The position numbers and the translations under genes were made by a program. DNA of 64,000 nt, from positions 21,637,504-21,701,503 of the forward strand of contig OZ037765.1 in assembly GCA_964035545.1 (NCBI GenBank), written 5' to 3'. The notes below the pieces were generated by a model. The model made no database searches. It saw nothing but the letters and a program-made list of their open reading frames with translations, and had not been told where the DNA came from. Every line of letters starts with the position of its first letter. Position 1 is the first letter of the stretch. Of the stretch, positions 1 through 14,200 are shown piece after piece. The stretch comes from Bugula neritina (lineage: Eukaryota > Animalia > Bryozoa).

Positions 1-725
1 CAAAAGCTGTTCTGATACACATCTGGCAAAACTATCCAAATATGTATTTGCCATAGAATAAACTGACATTATGATAATCTGTACAGTCTAGATAAGACAC
101 TAGATAGATAAGACAACAAAGTTAGAAAAAATATAGAAAATTTTGTCAACTTCAATTTGCAAATTGCAAAAAAACAATAATGTTTCTGATACATTGAAAA
201 AATTACAAAGTGTATAAGTTAAATTGAGTAAGCATATAAAATTATAGAGAGAAATATATGTAACTGAGCCAAGCACATCCTGACACGTCTCCTTCTCACA
301 TTGGCTATGATGTTTTTAACTTACTCAGCTTGATAAGCATTTTTGGTGACCTAAAGTTTACAAAAAACATGCTTATTTCATTAAATAAGATCATGATTGA
401 AGTGGCTTCAACAATTTGGTTCAAAATCAAATCTCACAAACTAAACTATTATTCAATTAAAACTCAGGCAAAAATATTACATTCGATTAACAGAAGCATG
501 GAATGTTTCATTAGGAATTAATTTAAATTCCTACCAGTATTTAAAGCAGTTGTGGCCAATAAACCTAACTAGTCTAACAAGCATAGAATGTTTCTTATAA
601 TCTTAATAACAACACAGGTTTAATATTCAGAAATACACACTTCATAGGCAAGCAGGCAAAAATTAATAAAAATAGACAGCCCATACAATCAATAGTAATT
701 TTTTTCTGATATTCTAACAATTTAC

Positions 726-3700
726 CTATAAATGTATATTAATTTTGCAAACAGCTCCTCTTCTAACATAAGGTGACCATTTTCTCGAACAAAGTACAAG
801 TCTTTAGCTATTCTAAAAATTCTATCGACATTTGGAAGCTGATCGAACATGACGGTGTACGAGCCACCGCTAGTGAGAGTACGCACAAACTGGCCAATCA
901 CAAACACCATACCAATGTACAGACCGATTATCCTAAAAATATCAAATAAAACCGAGTTATAGCACAGCGGCATGACTAGTGTATGCAATGAATGGACACA
1001 GTAATACGATACATATAGTATCATTATGTGCCACCATAGTAATAGAATATCAATAGATATCACAGATTAGTAATAATATTAGTCATAGAATAAGTAACAG
1101 TAACAGCTGTAGCAGAACAAGCATTTACTAGTAACCTATTGCAAGGCAATTAATATCAAAACAATTTGAAGTGAGCTTGAGGTTAGGCTAAACAAAAATT
1201 CCTTGTAGCAAAACAGCAAATTTAGACAGCTAGACAAATTTGTATTATGGTGAACTAAGGAACATTGCGTTCAGGAAACATTTTTTTTAGCAATTTTGTA
1301 TAGTGCGTTTTGATATAATATAATCAGAGTGTCCACATATACAAGAAAAAATTACGAACCCACTACTAGTAATAGTAGTAGTAATAAAATCAGAAAAAGT
1401 ACTTTCAATAGCAGCTATGGTGACATAGTAATTAAGAGATGATTGTTTAGGTATTGTCTTACCCTGGGCCTGTAATAAAAGCAACTGCATCAGGAGCAAC
1501 TCTGTCATTAAATGTGACAAAGAAGAGCGTTGAAGAATTTGTAATATTTTCTGAGCAGGAACTGACAAAAGACAGAGTGCAGTTTGATAGCTCTTCAACC
1601 GACCAATATTCAGTTTTCTGTAGCTTCAGTTCCAGTCCTATACCATTTAGTGGCTTCATGCCTAAAGTTTAGCAACATGAACTATATATATTGCATAACA
1701 TGTGATTTAATTAAAATGCTTCAAAATATATGTCCTTCAAAAGAAAGTGATACTTCCACTTAACATATTGCTCCATGACAAAATGATGGATAGGAGGATA
1801 GGAAGCCCACTGCCTTCCTTTTACATGAAATAAATGTTGGGCTGATCTGTGTTATATAACAGCTGGGACCATGCAAATTGTTGACTGGAGTCCAAACCTA
1901 ATTATAATGTGTATGTTAATGACAAATACCTAAATTTTGGTCCTGAATGTCACAAGGGTTACACTGAATGGAATCCACAGCGGTTGGTTGGCCAGTAGAA
2001 GGCAGGTGCAAGTACTGGGGGAGGAAGTAGGACAAGTAGCTAAAAACAGAGCAGCAGACTACTTATATACCATTATGGAAACTTTCTTTCAGACAACCTT
2101 AATATCTACATTCAATACATATAGCTGTGTCCAGGTAACTATTCGAACAGCAGAGTATATTCTATGCTTTTGGGACTTCAAAACATAAAACACTACTGTG
2201 GTTTAACTAAAGTTACATTTGAAATATTTACTGAGTGATTGCAATAACTTAAAGGATGTTAGAGGTTTATCATATTAAGAAGTCTAGTTAAGCAATGCGA
2301 ATCTTATTAGAATGACTTACATTTGCTCTCCGCCTTGAGAAGCTATTGCGTTGTGTAAATTTTGCCGAGCATCCGAACCAGGAATAAGATCGAAATAAAA
2401 TCCGGCAGAAACGGTTCCAGCAGTTAGCCCTAGTTTCGGACTCCTACAAACCAACAACGATTTCGAGTGAGTGGTAGAAAAATCAACAGAATACAGACGC
2501 ATCATATTATATGATAAGCAAAAGAGTGTGGAAAATGTCTGGAAAAATCCATCAGAACTGTATATGACTATTTCTACTGTGGAAAAATTGAAGAAGCCTA
2601 GATTTCTAATAAGAGAGCAAACCTGGTGAACGACAGTGTAACCGTCACTGCCACAGAGTCGTTGCTTGCTAAAACTTCAATCAGATCAACCTGACTGGGC
2701 CCGGTGATTCCCCAGATGGCAGTAGATGCTCCATTCAGTTTTATAGTTCGGATGTCAGTTGCCTCATAACTTTCCAAAAATCCAATGGCAAGCTGCAAAA
2801 TGCACAAAAGACAAGTAAGAACTATTCGATAAACCCAATGCTAATGTACAGAAGCAAACAACTTACAGTTCATGAGAGACTAGTAAACTAATATCACTAT
2901 TGCCGAGTCAAGTTTTGTTTAAAAAATCTGTCCAAACATTTTAGTATGTCCATGTTTACACGTAGCAAATTGGAACCCATAAAATTTTTCTGAAAGACTC
3001 TAGTGTGTACTCACAAGCCACAGTTCAGCTATACATAAAAAAGTTTGATGAAAATTGAAAAATATTGCACAAAAATAACAACAGTGTCTTCTGCTACCTA
3101 GCAGATTTGTACATTATTAGGGGGTTTAAAATTTACTAACTGATCACCCCTAAAATAAATATAAATAAAAACAATTATAAAGCAAAGTACAGCAAAAGTG
3201 CGAAAAAATGATTAAATCAACTGACAATATTTTTCAGACATATTTTTTCCTTAAATTTTAAAATAGTACAATAAAACACTACAGGATGTTTACAAGCTGC
3301 AAAACTTAAACTTTCTAATTATCTGAGAATAACTCGAATGATTGAAGATCTTTTAACTTAATTTATAGCATCGTGCTATGTACTTACATGTTTGCAATAT
3401 TTATGTTTCAGTTGAATATAAAAAAAGACTTACTGAATTATTGACTAAGGAGTTTCTGAGGTTAGACAAATCATCCACAGTCACGTTGGCTATGCCACTC
3501 GGCTGAGATCTCACTGTGAATATGTCTTGAAACCCTCCAATAGACACCGTCATTTGACATTGTACAGGAGGGTTCAGCAGGTAGATCTATCAAATAAATA
3601 TTTGCAATAAGACATCACCCCGTATGTAGTATGAGTAGAATAGCTCGAGTAGTGTAGTATGAGTAGTACAGTATGAGTAGTACAGTATGAGTAGTATAGT

Positions 3701-6700
3701 ATGAGTAGTATAGTACGAGTAGTATATTATGAATAGTATATTATGAGTAGTATAGTATGAGTAGTATAGTACAAGTAGTATAGTATGAGTAGTATAGTAC
3801 GAGTAGTATAGTAAGAGTAGTATAGTATGAGTAGTATAGTAAGAGTAGTATAGTATGAATAGTATATTATGAGTAGTATAGTATGAGTAGTATAGTACAA
3901 GTAGTAGAGTATGAGTAGTATAGTACGAGTAGTATAGTATGAGTAGTATAGTATGAGTAGTATAGTATGAGTAGTATAGTATGAGTAGTATATTATGAGT
4001 AGTATATTATGAGTAGTACAGTATGAGTAGTACAGTATGAGTAGTATAGTATGAGTAGTATAGTACGAGTAGTATATTATGAATAGTATATTATGAGTAG
4101 TATAGTATGAGTAGTATAGTACAAGTAGTATAGTATGAGTAGTAGAGTATGAGTAGTATAGTACGAGTAGTATAGTAAGAGTAGTATAGTATGAGTAGTA
4201 TAGTAAGAGTAGTATAGTATGAATAGTATATTATGAGTAGTATAGTATGAGTAGTACAGTATGAATAGTATAGTATGAGTAGTATAGTATGAGTAGCATA
4301 GTATGAGTAGTACAGTATGAGTAGTATATTATGAGTAGTACAGTATGAGTAGTACAGTATGAGTAGTACAGTACGAGTAGTATAGTATGAGTAGTACAGT
4401 ATGAGTAGTATATTATGAGTAGTACAGTATGAGTAGTACAGTATGAGTAGTACAGTATGAGTAGTATAGTATGAGTAGTACAGTAAGAGTAGTATAGTAC
4501 GAGTAGTATAGTATGAGTAGTATAGTATGAGTAGTATAGTATGAGTAGTATAGTAAGAGTAGTATAGTAAGAGTAGTACAGTACGAGTAGTATAGTATGA
4601 GTAGTATAGTATGAATAGTATAGTATGAGTAGTACAGTATGAGTAGTATAGTATGAGTAGTACAGTATGAGTAGTATAGTATGAGTAGTATAGTATGAGT
4701 AGTATAGTATGAGTAGTAGAGTAAGAGTAGTGAGAATTATACTTACAGTGTTGGCAAATGAGAATATGACGAGTGGGAACCAGATGATAAATATAAGAGC
4801 TAGAAGTATGAAGCCTCCTAAGCCATACTTGACTATAGCCGGTCTGTTGATACCTCTTGGGGCCGGAAAATCCTGCATTGAATATTACCATTTGACTATA
4901 CACAATCAGTAATTGACGAAATAGTAATTGCATACTATTGAAAAAAGTTAATTAACAGGAATTAGAAAATTATGAATTTACAAGAAAACAAGAAACATTG
5001 CGCCAGAGAAATGATAAGAAATGTGTGGATGAATGAGCACAAAGCTTTCAATATTACAGGAAGTCTGACGCAAACACTTGAGAGAGCTGTCAAAAACTAG
5101 CACACCTTTTCTCCTTGTCGAAGACATTTGATGGTGAAGAGTTTATTGAACATATCTTCCATGAGAAACCAACTCCCAATTGTCAACGAAGTCTTAGTCC
5201 ACATCCAATCCATGACGCACCTCAATTCCAGCAGGAAAGGGCATATGATGAATGCTTGAAACAACACCAGGTTGACGTAGCTATACTTGGTGGTCAAGAA
5301 GTTACCTGAAAAAAACATATATTATTTAAGAAGGTATTTATTAAAGAAAAGAATCCATTTAACTGGCACCTTTCTGAAAAATTGACTGAACAAAAGCATG
5401 TCACTCAGATAGCACTGACAAGCGTATGACATAAACATTAATATTATACCATAAATTATCACTTTCTGTTACAATTCACAAAAAAAAGAAATTGAAAACG
5501 AAATTAATATTAAAGAGAAAAAAATCCGTTTAACTTGTACCTTTCAAAAAAGTTGACAGAAAAAAGCATATGACTTAGATGGCACAGAGAGGCACGCGAC
5601 AAAAACATTGAAACCTACTATATACTGTAACTATCTGCTATAATTTAAAACGAAACAATCAACATTGAGAATGAAGTATATAGGAATTAAACATGAAGTT
5701 TGTGCGAGTATGAATGCCTACCTGTGTGACCCATAGGGTACCCCGACTTGATTTGCCAGGCTGATAGCCCAAAGTATAGAAACTTTATGAAGTAGAAGAG
5801 CTGAGCAGCTGGATTTTGAATAAAAGGAGTGTTTGTCAGCATCGGCAGCAGGATGAACATATAAACGTTTACGAGGACAACAAGCAGCACCTGACAACAA
5901 ACAACACATCCATTTATGTCATAATCATACAGATCTCTAAGGTAGCAGTGCCATCAAGTGAACAGTACACAGGACAAGCATGTATCAGACTCTAGGTTTA
6001 AGTATTAAGTAGAAAACTTAGTCTAAGCCACATGGTGCGAAATCTTAATTCAAAAATCTTCATGAGACACCAAAACCAATTGACTTTCTTCAACTCATTG
6101 CACTATTTAAGAATAAAACTGTGCCAGAAAATAGTGACACTTACATGGAAGATGAGCTTGCCGAGGATAGACCTCTTCAGATACAAGGCACGATCTATGA
6201 CTATAAAAGCGAACTGAACCAACAGGATAATCAGGAATGACACGGGAACTTTATTATTCTGAAGCAAGTATTGCACAGTACCACTCTGAGGCGGTCCAAA
6301 TGAGTTGTATGCAAACACCTGAAAATACAGAGGATATATTCATGTTGCGTTGGGGATGAAGAGTTCAAAGATGAAATGAACAACTTGAGAAAGAAGACAA
6401 CTGTAATTGATACATTGTAGGTGAATGATATTACTTACTGATATTAGAAAGTTGATAAAGTCACAGAAGACCATGAGTGAGTAGTAGTCGCCTTTCAGTG
6501 CATATTTACCGTTGATGATGTTTCTATACCAGTTGACCAGAGCAGAGGAACTGTTCAAGGAAAAAGAAAAAATATGTGAAGCATTCGCATGAATGACAAT
6601 GTTTACAGTAATGGATTATATTGTACTATTAACTCTGGAGAAAAAGAATGTCTGTATGGCACATCAACAGCTACAGTGTCGTTTTGCCTTTAAAACAAGA

Positions 6701-8253
6701 AATAATATGCTTGTGTGATTTAATTCATATACCGACCTCTTCTTTGTTGAATTATTTGATGGCTGCCCATTAGCGTTTTCATCACTTTCCTCTACTGAGT
6801 CGGCAGCAGCGGCAGCAGCAGATAAAGATGGCAGCTGCGGTTCTTCTAGAGTTTTATCAGATCGCTTAGCAGCAGTATCAAAGTCAGCTTCCTGTTCCAC
6901 TTCATTCTTCCATAAACCATATCGCTAAGAGAACAGACATAAATGTACCAAATGATTTCCTTTTGCACAGCCAGACTATCTTGTAAGCAGAGGAAATTGT
7001 TATTGAATAAATGCCACTTGTGCTTAAAGTGTTGATAAGTAACTAGATTGAATGTTCAGTCATTTCCTACTCTACATGCTATATATAAATACTGTGGAAC
7101 AGCTCACTTCACACAGAGAGTGGAGTTTGTGCTCTGATATAACATAAGAGTTACACTTGAGCTGCTGCTGAAGCAGTTACTACAAACTAGACAGATGATT
7201 GTTAATCTCAAAGAAAACTTGTCGGTATTTTCATAAGAATAAACTGTCAGAAAATGTAAATATGTGTAATATCATATCATATTATAATATTAGGATAAAA
7301 GTATCATATCATAATATATCATTATAACTATAACCATAAACACAGCATGTATAAGTATAAACAAGTATAAATCAAGTATAAACAAAGATGGCCAACAATA
7401 AACCTACATATCCTTTATATTTCATAATATAGCAATTATTACAAACCATATAACCTAATAGTACGAGTAAAGTGACAGGACCTACACCATCGCCGATATA
7501 AAACTCACCTTGAGGACTGTCCGGTGAACAAAGACGGATATCATAATGAGGAGCTCATAAGTTGCATAGTAAGTACCGCCCTGAGCAGCTTTATCTTCAG
7601 CACACAAACTTTCATCATACTGAGTGGTGCAGGAGACAGGCAGGGGCTCCAGGATGCCCACCAGTATCCTGGGGTCACTCCACCGACTCGGGGGAGTCTG
7701 GCTCCAGGGCCACAGGCCAAATTGAAATATGTATTTGATAACTACCACTGCCTATACAACAGAGCACAATTATGATCAGCATTTAAAAGATTTCATCAAA
7801 TTAGGAAAAAAAGTTGGCAAAATACATAACCCTTCAGCTACTGTATGTGTATCTTCAATTCTATAGTTATACACATATACAAAATAGTAAACTTGTGCGA
7901 ACTAACAGCAAGTTTGAAGCTGGTGGCTAATAAACTTACCATGACATAGCTGAGCACAAAAATCCAGAAAGTCTTTGCTGGACGGGGAAGACTAAGCATA
8001 CCCCAGAGAACAGCCACGATAGGGAAGGGCAGAGAGAGCAGGTTACCGTTACATAAGTGGCAGAGAATCATCATGAAGTAACATATGAACTCGGTACGGG
8101 CAACTAAGGCCAAATATAAAGCGTTTAACAGCCGGTATACCAACGACTTCTTCTCCAGATCCTCTTGCCACATCTCTTCACAGCGCCTATTAGATGAAAA
8201 ATAACTTTGGAATGAAACAGTCGAGAAGACATTTGATATCACCTAAAATGTTT

Positions 8254-8286
<33 letters not shown>

Positions 8287-11200
8287 GTGTGAGTATGTGT
8301 GTGTGTGGTGTGAGTGTGTGGTGTGAGTGTGTGTGTGTGGTGTGAGTGTGTGCGTGCTGTGTGTGCGGTGTGTGTGCGTGTACGTGTACTGATTTATAGA
8401 CTTGAGAATGTAAATACTAGAATACTACTCACTCAATATTGATATCACTCTGAGAAATATCCACTTGCAAGTCTGCACCATCATCTGTGTTCATCATTTT
8501 ATTCTACATTCAATATTGACAAAAACAATATACAGTACACAAGTGTTGTGATTCTTAAATTTTAATTAGCTTAAAATATTCAGAATTGTGATTTAGAAAT
8601 TGAGGATATAGGAACATGCAAATGATTGTAAAGGTAGTTACTGCTGATACATGTAAAATTTATGTAAACAACTCAAGAATAAAATGAAAGTCGTACAGAA
8701 AATGAAATTATATTTGAACTACTTGTGCAAACATTGCCTTATTAACATGGCATCATAACAAGAATATAATTCAGCTCACAGTTATACACGCTGATACACA
8801 TGTTTTACCTGTGATTAACAAATCTGACCACGCATTGCATCAGCATACCTTAATTTCTTTCTTAACAGTTGTCTGCTCTTCGTCAATTTGTTTTGCAACA
8901 GTTCTATAGTCAAAGGATATCTCGTTTAATTTATTTATTATCCATTTGGTGCAAGATACCACAAACACTTTAATCCACACATCTGTTGTCTTTGCATGTT
9001 CAGTCACTATGTAAATTATATAAGTAACGGTCAAGTAATATGCTGCTGATACATGAAAAAAAGATTTCGTAATGTTCTAAACAAGAAAAAATAAAAAAGT
9101 GTTAATCGCATTTAACCTCAGCGATTGCAATTTTATTCCCCCATTGTTAAATAAAGATAGGATTTAATTGGAAAATCTAATATGTGTTACGATAATTCAG
9201 GAACCTTTGTCAAGAGTCTCGGAGGTGAGGGAGCCTGCTCTTTCTGGAGACGCGTCCCCCGGGTCTTCTGGTAACTCTTCGTAAGCAGCAGATGGACCAG
9301 GGGAGTCGGGTGCAGGTGCCGCAGCCTCACCTGTGAGTTAAAACACCAGAATACTTTCACCATTCCCCTTTGCATTAACAGTTTAGTCACAGTGTTGTGT
9401 CAAGTAAGACCATTTTTTTATTACTCCAGTGTTTTGATCTTGCCTAGTTAGTACTTCTAATGTTGGTAAAGCTAGCTGCATGTGAGTTCCCAGTTTACAA
9501 TGTTCATGGCTACATTCTGTAGAGGGACAGCAAGTTTGTTTCTTCACTCAACTAAATACTTATTACTGTACATGAACGTACTTTTGTTTCAAAAGCTTAT
9601 ATAACCTCATGTTTACAATTATGTATTACAATATACTAATACACCATATTAATCTTGGCAGTTGAGAATTATGGTAAAAACTAGTTCCACTAAAAAGTGT
9701 ACACCGATGTAAGTTTTTGAGGGCAGTCTGGTTTCTCAAGCTCCTTGGTGTGTGGGCAGCTGAGCTCAGAGGGATCAGACAATATTTGACCGGCTGCTAG
9801 GCTCCAGTTTGAGCTGAAGAGATCAAACTGGCTCAGAGCAACTGCAGTGAAACTTTGCTATGTTTCCATGTCTTGAACTGGCTGCAGTCAAACTGAGATG
9901 GATACATGGAAAACTGGTTGTTCGATGCTACTCTACACACGTTATTTTAGCAACTACAAAAGGCAAAACAGTACAACTTTACCATCGTCAACATTTTCAG
10001 CCACAGCTTGTGGTTTAGCGCCTTGTTTGCCTTTTTCTGTTTGCTTGAGTGAGGCCTCCATGCCCAAATCAAGGGTAGCAACTAGCATCTGCGAAGTCAA
10101 CACAGCATGATAAACAAATCAGAAAGACTAACTTCAGCTAACCATCAGGGCATCAGCAGATTAGCAACATGACAATCATACCCAATTACATGTATGACTA
10201 AAATTAAGATTCTTATGGTCCCACCTTCATTGGATTAACTTTTTCTTTGCTGGATGTGATTGAAAGGTCCATTACAGTGTCTTCACTGTCCCAGGTAGTT
10301 GTTTCATCTTCACTTTGATCTTCAAACATCGTCTCGTCTGCAGATCTGATAACTACAATGTAAGCATTATTATTTCAATTTCTGTACAATTTTTTTTTAT
10401 TTTCCTACTGACTATCTTATTAGATGTATTGCTTAATTACTATCTATAAATACTTGATAGGTTTGAAAATGACAATGTATGGGATGAAATTAATATTAAT
10501 CCAAATTATGTAGCTATTATGTGAAAAAAACAAACAAAAATCTATGCTTCTTGGCAAGAAAATAGACAGGATAAAATGAAAAGCTTATTAAAAACATGCA
10601 GCCTAAAATCACGCATGTTCACACTCACAAATGTTTCAAATACAATACATGCGTTAAAATCTTTCAACAGTTGAATGCATACGTTTTAAACAACTCAATA
10701 GGTGATGGAAAAGGGTATAGTTGATGTGTGAAAAAACTAGAACTGTAGACACTGTAATAACAGATTGATATTATAAGGACGACATGAAGCGGTGTGTTCA
10801 TTTTTACCTTTTAATTTGGTACCTGGTTGCAAAATTTTGCTATAATTAGTATCAGTTTCTAAAGATTGTCAAAATATAGATCACTAGAAAATCAATTGAA
10901 GATATATCCTGTACCGTTGAAGTGAGTCCATTCTTCTCGGGATAGTCCTCCTTCCAACCTCAGTGTCCTCAATCTGATTCTCTCCAACTTCCTGCTGATA
11001 TGCGTCAACTCTTTTTCTCGTAGTTGCTGCTCTTTTGCGATTCTTCTGTTGGACATCAAGTTGATCAACTCAGCACCTCTACATAACCACAACATGTAGT
11101 AAGAAATCGGTGAGTGTCACTCTACCCTTTAGTCATTAAATTAAAAATAAAAAAAGAAAATTCCAACGGTGGGTGTTGCTATATCTATTTTGCCTACTTT

Positions 11201-14200
11201 AAAAGAAACAAATATTTATTAATTGTCTTTCTATAACTACTGGATCATCGTTATAATGTTCATTAATAGCTCAATCGAAATAGACAACAGCTGTAATTAG
11301 ATGAGTTTTTGTAATTTGGAGCTGTCTTTTTCAGGGACAGAAGTACAAAGTTGAAGCTAGCCTCTAAAGTAATGCCCTATCCACACTACACTTATAAGTG
11401 AGCATCCATCTTCGCAATTCAACATTGTTTCATTATTTAGAACACCACAACCATGTAGACTGCTAAGTCTACTTTTAGCAATATGTTTGCTCAGTAGTAG
11501 TGATCAACGCTTACTTAGCTGTAATATGAAATGGGCATAAGATTCAAAATAAACTAATCAATTAAATTTCCAACTTTTCACTGAAATTGTTCTGAGAAAC
11601 CATTTACCTGATAAATTATTACATAAAATCATCTATTAAAATTTCTACATAAATTATATCCATCGATGCTGGAATATTAAAATGTTTATCAAGCCACTAC
11701 CTAGAGGCTAGAGTAGATTGGGCTCTTTCTTCACAGATAACGACGAGAAAGTATGTGGACATGAAAATCCTCCTCTGCACAAGCAGTAATGTGAAACATA
11801 CGATATCCCATGTCAGCCCAGCTTCTTTCTGACTGACGCCACAAGTTTCCAATGAGCTTGTACCTAGAAATACCATATTTGTAGTATTAAGCAAGTAAAC
11901 ATTTTTCTTAGCTAAAAACAGCTGTGTGAATGACCCCAGATACCTTCAAAAATAAAAGTTCAAAGGTTTTCAAAAGTTCTTTGCTAAAAGTACATCAACA
12001 CATGTCTATCTCTTAGAGGCGAATATACACTTACTTGGAAAACTTGGGTTAAGACATTTGATGCTAAATAATTCAGGGAGATAGCACTGAGAGCCCCCGG
12101 TGCTTGAACTGCCTGGGGGGACAACTTCATCCATATATACACAGCCTACTAGTTGCAAGACAGTCTTCAGTAATATAACAGTGAAGTTATAGTAGACTAG
12201 GGCATTCCACCTGCAAGCGTAAACAATAATACTTAATTTCCCTTTTTACTCTGAAAGGACCGACATGCAAACTACCTATAGACAGTTAAACACACATATA
12301 CACATGGCCAACAAAGTTTTACTAGTAAATATAGCATTGTTACTGCTATTTCAAGGTTACCTAGTCCTCCTATACTGCAATATATTCAATATATGTGAAT
12401 AGCCTTACGTCCTCATAACAGATTTCCTTTCTTTGATTGTAAAGTCCAGTCCATACCAGAAGAAGTAGAAACAGAATATGAGGTAACCGAAGCAGTAGAG
12501 GTTGATGTTCTGTGTGCCAGTGATAAACAGTATGCATATGCAAAGCCAGAATGAGTACACAAATACACCCGACATTATCACATCGACTACGTTCCTGAAA
12601 TTAACAAAACACCATGATTAGGCTGCTTCAGATTCCAACATTTGAACACTGTGAACTGAAAAATACTAATAGTAAAATATGCGAAGAGATAGTAAAAAAT
12701 ATTTCATAGTTGTAATCAACATCTCTCTCTTACCTAACTTTACAATATTGTTATGTTACAATACTATAATATATTCAACCACTGAACAGTTTAGCAAATG
12801 ATCAAAGATAAGCAAGATCTAATTTTGATGTTTTGTGAACCAATCAGCTACCTTTTATTATCAATGAAATCATGCATATCTTTAAATGCATCCGGAGGCC
12901 TTCGCCCAAGTTCTTCATTATCACCAGCAGCTATAATTGTTGGGTGGCCCTCAGTACTTTCCATGATAAATACCCGCCATTGTAGAGCAACAAACAGGAG
13001 CTGAATGCAGTCAGCTTAAAATGAAAAGAGTTAGCAGATATTAAAGCAATTTCAACAACATAAAACATGCTACAGTAGTAGCCTAACAAGTTGATGATGC
13101 CAGATATACTTACAACACATACATCACTATAAACTATCAATGCCAATCAGCATTGTATTCATAGATTATAAACTCAACTTACCCAAGAGAATATTCACAT
13201 CTGGAGGACGTTGATAGTCAGGTAGAAACAGCCAAAGCCGAAAATAATCATTAAGCAAGGGCCCAGCCCAAGGGTAGTCTGCAATAAACAAAACAGAAAG
13301 TGGATAAAAATTGTTTCAACATCTACATACTCCTTGACATATTATAGTGAAACCTTTCACTCAATATAGGTTACTACAGTATGAAAAGGAGATCAGCTTG
13401 ATATGATGATAAGCAGCAACATATACAAGCTAAACTCAGTAACAAAGCAGCTAAGAAAAAACTTGCCATGGCATAAGGTAGTGGGAAGGCCAAGAGCTGA
13501 GAAATACTGAGCAGGAAGGAGTAGAGCTAAGACTACGAGGTATATAAACCAAACTCTTCGCACATATCTCCGTCTGTACATGTTCAGCAAGAGTAGTATT
13601 CCTAGCACCAGGATGTAGAAGCAACCAATCACATCTTGTCTATACGACACCACAATCACTGAAACTAGTGTGCAGATCTGAAAATAGACGCATACTACAG
13701 TATAACTTTGACTTATATCAACGGTGACCACCTTTACTAAATAAAAGTACAACAATTTCACATTATTGTTTAATTAAAGCTGAGAACATAAGTGAAAATA
13801 CCACTGATTATACCTGTATACATAATTTGTTTTTTTTTTTTTATAATTTACAAGAGCAGAACAAGCAATTAGAAAAGAAACATAGTAACAAATAACAGTA
13901 TATCAAAATAAGCTGTCGGAAATGATGATGAGGCCCAGTGCGAAATAGCATGGCTAGTGGTACGCGGGCCCAATGTTGGCATTACCATACAAGGCACCAC
14001 AGATCACTCAACAGAGTGGAGGTGATGCCTCAATTCCGCTTTAAATTTACCAAGTGGCTGTATAATCTTTAAAAATTTAGGCAACTTATTCCACAGTGCA
14101 GATATTACATAATTTGAGGTGCGTTGACCAGCAAATGAGGAATAAAATGGAACAGGAAGAGATTGCAACTGATGACGAGTAGTATAGTGAGAGTGTGTCG

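Noticed and set aside
241-330. Possible last Piezo exon
   Set aside because: No SPE-x-LI-x-WT-like terminal motif in any frame I read; the final exon is probably outside the window.
4091-4933. 280-aa and 215-aa ORFs
   Set aside because: Mostly translations of the 14-bp minisatellite; only about 4747-4872 is a real Piezo exon.
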